DNA of 64,000 nucleotides from a virus: IMG/VR virus record IMGVR_UViG_3300002026_000015, positions 32,001 to 96,000 of that record; one strand, 5' to 3'. Shown piece by piece: positions 60,201 to 64,000 of this stretch (position 1 is its first letter; each line of letters starts with the position of its first letter). The notes under the pieces were generated by a model. It saw only the letters and a program-made list of their open reading frames with translations, ran no database searches and was not told where the DNA came from. The position numbers and the translations under genes were made by a program.

Positions 60201-60255
60201 ACTTGATTTTTAACTATATATTTAATATTGGAGATAATATCAATAGGAGGTATCC

Positions 60256-60666
60256 ATGAGCGATAAGAATTGGACTATTATGGAAAATGAAAAACAACCG
60301 AAGAGTTTCTATGAAAAAGACGTGAATGTTGGAGAAGTGATTAAAATCTTTTTCATATTCCTGACAATAGTTGGATTGTGGTCCGTTGCAAACTATTATG
60401 CGACAGGTAAGAATGATCCTAAAAATAGAAATAATCATCAGATCGCTGTAGGTAAAATTTACATAGATTATAGAGATTCAATTAAAGATGTTGGTCTCGA
60501 TACGATGACGCTGATAACTAGAGAAGATACTCTAGAGTATTGGCAAATGGAACACTTGATTTACGATATAACGTGTAGAAGAGATTCTGTGATTTCAGAT
60601 CTCTTTAAGGAGAATAAAAATGATAAGAATAAATTCCGTCCAGGATTTGGCGGCAAAGCTTTTTGA
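60256..60666 (+). CDS. membrane-anchored hypothetical protein
   Basis: One TM segment, RBS aggagg, early promoter at 60215-60230. Confidence 0.65.
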   Translation: MSDKNWTIMENEKQPKSFYEKDVNVGEVIKIFFIFLTIVGLWSVANYYATGKNDPKNRNNHQIAVGKIYIDYRDSIKDVGLDTMTLITREDTLEYWQMEHLIYDITCRRDSVISDLFKENKNDKNKFRPGFGGKAF

Positions 60667-61102
60667 TATCGGTTCAAGGTTTAGAATATATTCTAACATC
60701 AATGTTGGTGAGAAGAATAAATTAGAGCCTATTACGATTCAGGATTATATATCTGAAACGTTTATGCAACGATTGGCGTGTAGAATGTTTAATTTCAAAA
60801 TTAGAGTAATTATTGAAATTGATGTAATATCCAATGTAGGAAACACGCTCATTACAGAATTTGTAGAAGTATGTTACAAAAATTCGGGCACATACTCACA
60901 GATTCCTGAAAACAAACTTAGATTTGAATATGAAATCTTTAAGAATCCTGACGAACGTTCCAAATATAACGTGTGCAATGCAATATCATACCCTAGTCAT
61001 TCAGAACTTAATAACTTCTATAGACATATGATATGTAAAGAAAGTGTATATTTGCACAAAGTTGTAGATAATCTCGATGAACGGAGGAACGATAATGTCT
61101 AG
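60620..61102 (+). CDS. hypothetical protein
   Basis: 160 aa, RBS aaggag. Confidence 0.6.
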   Translation: MIRINSVQDLAAKLFDIGSRFRIYSNINVGEKNKLEPITIQDYISETFMQRLACRMFNFKIRVIIEIDVISNVGNTLITEFVEVCYKNSGTYSQIPENKLRFEYEIFKNPDERSKYNVCNAISYPSHSELNNFYRHMICKESVYLHKVVDNLDERRNDNV

Positions 61103-61376
61103 GAAAAAACCTGTTCTTTCCGGTGAACGTAGACTTGGATCTGGATGGATGTATGCAAGTATTTATGTTGTAGGAGATGATGTTTGTAAAGAAGATGATG
61201 TTACAATGCCTATATCAGGGTTTCCAAATCCAGGAGATCAATACTTCTATAAATCAAACATCTGGTATGTATATGATACAAATGAATCATCGGTATTCTT
61301 GACAAAATCTTACGAAATTAATCAAGTATACGATGATCTTATAAAAAATTATTTAAACAATTCGGTAACAAATTAG
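61095..61376 (+). CDS. hypothetical protein
   Basis: RBS ggagga gives start 61095. Confidence 0.55.
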   Translation: MSRKKPVLSGERRLGSGWMYASIYVVGDDVCKEDDVTMPISGFPNPGDQYFYKSNIWYVYDTNESSVFLTKSYEINQVYDDLIKNYLNNSVTN

Positions 61377-61407
61377 AATATTTTTACTGACTAAAAAAGG
61401 AACTATT

Positions 61408-62232
61408 ATGTCTATTGCAAAAGTTGAATACGTGGAAATCACCAACTGGGAAATTGTTTCTATCATCCTCAAGACTGTTGATCGGTGTAAGAAATACAAA
61501 GTTAACCTTCAGAAATTCAGATCACATCTGGATTCTCTTGGATTGAAATGGTCTGGAATCGGTCATACGATCAAACCTCAAATCCGACTCTTCAATAAGA
61601 AGGGTCCAACAATGTTTGGACAATTGGTTGTATCTGATGTCTCAAATATTCAGATTGAGAATCTTCCAAAAACGTATGATGAAATTATAGGAATATATTT
61701 CACATATAATGGTGTGAGATATATGACTCGCGAAGAGTGGACTGATCAGTATGCTGTGGAGCTCTCCGATTATATTGATATTGAAGGAACTTTCATGACA
61801 AAATTTGAAAGTGTTCTGAAACATCCTCCTGTGCAAAGACATCCTGATATGCATGGTCTTAAGATTCAGTTTGAAAAGATGCTGAATATTGCATACAAGG
61901 AGTTTACAGAGATCATGAAAGGTATCGATAAGAACAAAGAATCTTTCGGTAAATCTATCAATGATACTCTCGTTAGTATGGGTGCTACAGAAAAAGAAAT
62001 TTCAACATACTGGAATAACATTAAGGATAAACGTTTGTTCTCTGCAAACATGTTTATGAGTGTCATCAAGTATATGAAAACGGACTCTATCAAATCGAGG
62101 GTAATTGATGTCTATCAGAATTCGGGAAGTATTGGAGATATTCGTGTTAAGCACGGTTTCGATTTTCTTCCAAACGATTACAATGTTGCTCGTGCAATCT
62201 TGGTGAGTTTTATCGAATCAAATCTTTCTTAA
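61408..62232 (+). CDS. hypothetical protein
   Basis: 274 aa, RBS aagga. Confidence 0.65.
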   Translation: MSIAKVEYVEITNWEIVSIILKTVDRCKKYKVNLQKFRSHLDSLGLKWSGIGHTIKPQIRLFNKKGPTMFGQLVVSDVSNIQIENLPKTYDEIIGIYFTYNGVRYMTREEWTDQYAVELSDYIDIEGTFMTKFESVLKHPPVQRHPDMHGLKIQFEKMLNIAYKEFTEIMKGIDKNKESFGKSINDTLVSMGATEKEISTYWNNIKDKRLFSANMFMSVIKYMKTDSIKSRVIDVYQNSGSIGDIRVKHGFDFLPNDYNVARAILVSFIESNLS

Positions 62233-62299
62233 CGTGTTACCATTTTAAGGAGTGAATAAGAGAATTTCATTTCTAGTACAATAAAAAAAAGGATAAATT

Positions 62300-62575
62300 A
62301 TGCAAACTGTAAAATTCGCAGGATTAAGTATTGAGTTGATTGACATGACACCTGAGGAATATATTACTCAGTTGGAAGATGCATTTAAAGAAATTGTCGA
62401 GTACCAAAACAGAATTGCTAGTGGTTATATATGGCCATTATGGATAAAAGAACCTTTGATCATGTTTGAAAGCGATCATGATAAATCAATTGTTATCGAC
62501 AACCTGGAATCCAGAAAAATTTCAATTCTTCAAGAACTCGCAAGAGTTGATGATGCAGTTGAATTTTGCAAATGA
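62300..62575 (+). CDS. hypothetical protein
   Basis: 91 aa followed by the terminator ggagggt-ttac-accctcc plus T-run. Confidence 0.6.
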   Translation: MQTVKFAGLSIELIDMTPEEYITQLEDAFKEIVEYQNRIASGYIWPLWIKEPLIMFESDHDKSIVIDNLESRKISILQELARVDDAVEFCK

Positions 62576-62661
62576 AAAGATGGGGAGGGTTTACACCCTC
62601 CTCTTTTTTTGTCTTTTGGCTCCAAAACATTACAATGTGATAATTAAAAATGGAGATTCAA

Positions 62662-64000
62662 ATGAGTAATTGGAATCAGCATAAATACGCTACTTCCGGT
62701 ATAGAATCCGCTGTTGTAGACATTACTCGAACTTTTACAGGTTATCTTGTTAGCAAATTTCCTTATGGAACTTTCAAACCAGGCTCTGTCTATATAGATA
62801 CACTTGGATATCTTGATGATCATAAAAGAAGAGAAAAAGGGTTGGTAAATCCTCAGAAAGTTAATAAACCTCATCTCTCTGTAGGTATTGAGGGTGGTAA
62901 CAATGATATCTGGTCTAAGGATAATAATGGTCCTGATATAAACCAGTATAGCATGTTTCCAGGTGTTATTGATGATAAGCGTATTGTTTCGAACCATAGA
63001 CTTGCAATGATTTGTAACGATCGCATTGGTATAAGATCTGATACTATTGAATTTCGTAGAAAAACTGAACTTACTATGAAGTTTATGTTTGATACTAAAG
63101 CCGACTTATCATCATTTAAAAGTCATCTATATAATAACGTTCCTGTTAAAGCTAATCAATACCTTGAAGGTATTAATTATGATATAGTTCTCCCTAATAT
63201 TTTTATTAGAGATCTATACAAATTGTTTATGGATCAGGAAACTAAAAGTGATATGATGCTTCACATTGATGAGTTTTTGACGAAAGTTAATTCTTGTTCA
63301 GGATTCATTATTGAAAAGAAGTTTGAGGATGTAAATCCTGACAATATTTGGTTTGTAATGAAACGTTCAGGTCGAATTAATTTCTATATCGATGAGGTTG
63401 GTGCTAAAGATGGTGATGGAGCTAATAAACGAAATGAATCATATGATGAATTTAGTTTTAGTTTGAAAGTTACATTCGATCTTAAACTTCCAAATTCATA
63501 CATTATGAATTATAAAATTTATAATGGTGTGAATAAATCTATGGTATGTAGAGATTATTTTAATCAGATGGAACCTGATGCCAAGACTAATGTGCCGGTT
63601 ACATACTCTGCTCCTAGATTTGTTGATGATAGAGTTTATAAGAAGCGTCCTTCAAGTCATAAATATATAATATTTGGGTTTGAAGAATTCTTTGTTGAAA
63701 ATCCTGACGAAGTCTTACAGCTTACTCAGGTTATAAATCCATTATCAATATTCTATCTACTGTTCGAGTGGTTGACTCCTAAAGAACGAAAAGGTCTTTT
63801 AGAGTGTCATGTTTATGAAAACGGTGATATTATGGGCGGAAAAGATCAAATAATGGAAGATGTTATAAGTGATATTGTATTATTCCTTAAAGGGTGTGAT
63901 CCAACTGTATCATTTGTATCATATTTCTTTATCGATTATAAACGATTTAGATCTTTATTACCTCTCATTGTCGATAGAATAATCAATAATGTGCGTCCTA
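62662..64000 (+). CDS. putative virion structural protein, truncated by the window end (missing from the ORF track)
   Basis: MSNWNQHKYATSGIESAVVDITRTF... reads open to 64000; RBS ggag; late promoter AACATTACAATG at 62626-62637. Confidence 0.65.
   Translation, partial: MSNWNQHKYATSGIESAVVDITRTFTGYLVSKFPYGTFKPGSVYIDTLGYLDDHKRREKGLVNPQKVNKPHLSVGIEGGNNDIWSKDNNGPDINQYSMFPGVIDDKRIVSNHRLAMICNDRIGIRSDTIEFRRKTELTMKFMFDTKADLSSFKSHLYNNVPVKANQYLEGINYDIVLPNIFIRDLYKLFMDQETKSDMMLHIDEFLTKVNSCSGFIIEKKFEDVNPDNIWFVMKRSGRINFYIDEVGAKDGDGANKRNESYDEFSFSLKVTFDLKLPNSYIMNYKIYNGVNKSMVCRDYFNQMEPDAKTNVPVTYSAPRFVDDRVYKKRPSSHKYIIFGFEEFFVENPDEVLQLTQVINPLSIFYLLFEWLTPKERKGLLECHVYENGDIMGGKDQIMEDVISDIVLFLKGCDPTVSFVSYFFIDYKRFRSLLPLIVDRIINNVRP

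Noticed and set aside
1-64000. Stop-codon reassignment, as seen in some large phages
   Set aside because: Core genes are full length under code 11, and TAA, TAG and TGA all end genes directly before terminators or the next gene

Overview
AT-rich (roughly one-third GC by eye), densely coding segment of a jumbo tailed-phage genome of the phiKZ / AR9-PBS1 type, using the standard genetic code. Hallmarks are a ~1500-aa multisubunit RNA polymerase beta-like subunit, the N-terminal half of a split family-B DNA polymerase, a T4 gp23-like major capsid protein with a gp21-like prohead protease, and gp25/gp53/gp5-like baseplate proteins. It also carries NAD-dependent ligase, primase, DnaB-like and Dda-like helicases, SbcC and SbcD, a GH19+M15 lysin pair, MazG, an M32 carboxypeptidase, an ATP-grasp enzyme and a free-standing HNH endonuclease. 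Transcription units switch strand often and are delimited by three motif families readable in the sequence: an early-type promoter T(A/G/C)TATAT-N7-(T/C)G, a late-type promoter AACA-N6-TG/TA (the AR9 non-virion RNAP consensus, which in AR9 is read on uracil-containing DNA), and terminators with a fixed GGGAGAAATCCC core. The most unusual observations are a stand-alone 10-codon gene (MGPFLPPYGK) with its own promoter, RBS and terminator; an acidic HU-fold protein lacking its DNA-binding residues; two candidate structured ncRNAs; a hairpin-rich candidate origin next to a nuclease-less NUMOD1 protein; and a diverged paralog pair, one copy coupled to the polymerase. All family assignments come from motif recognition by eye; no searches were run. 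I saw no tRNA, rRNA or CRISPR array.
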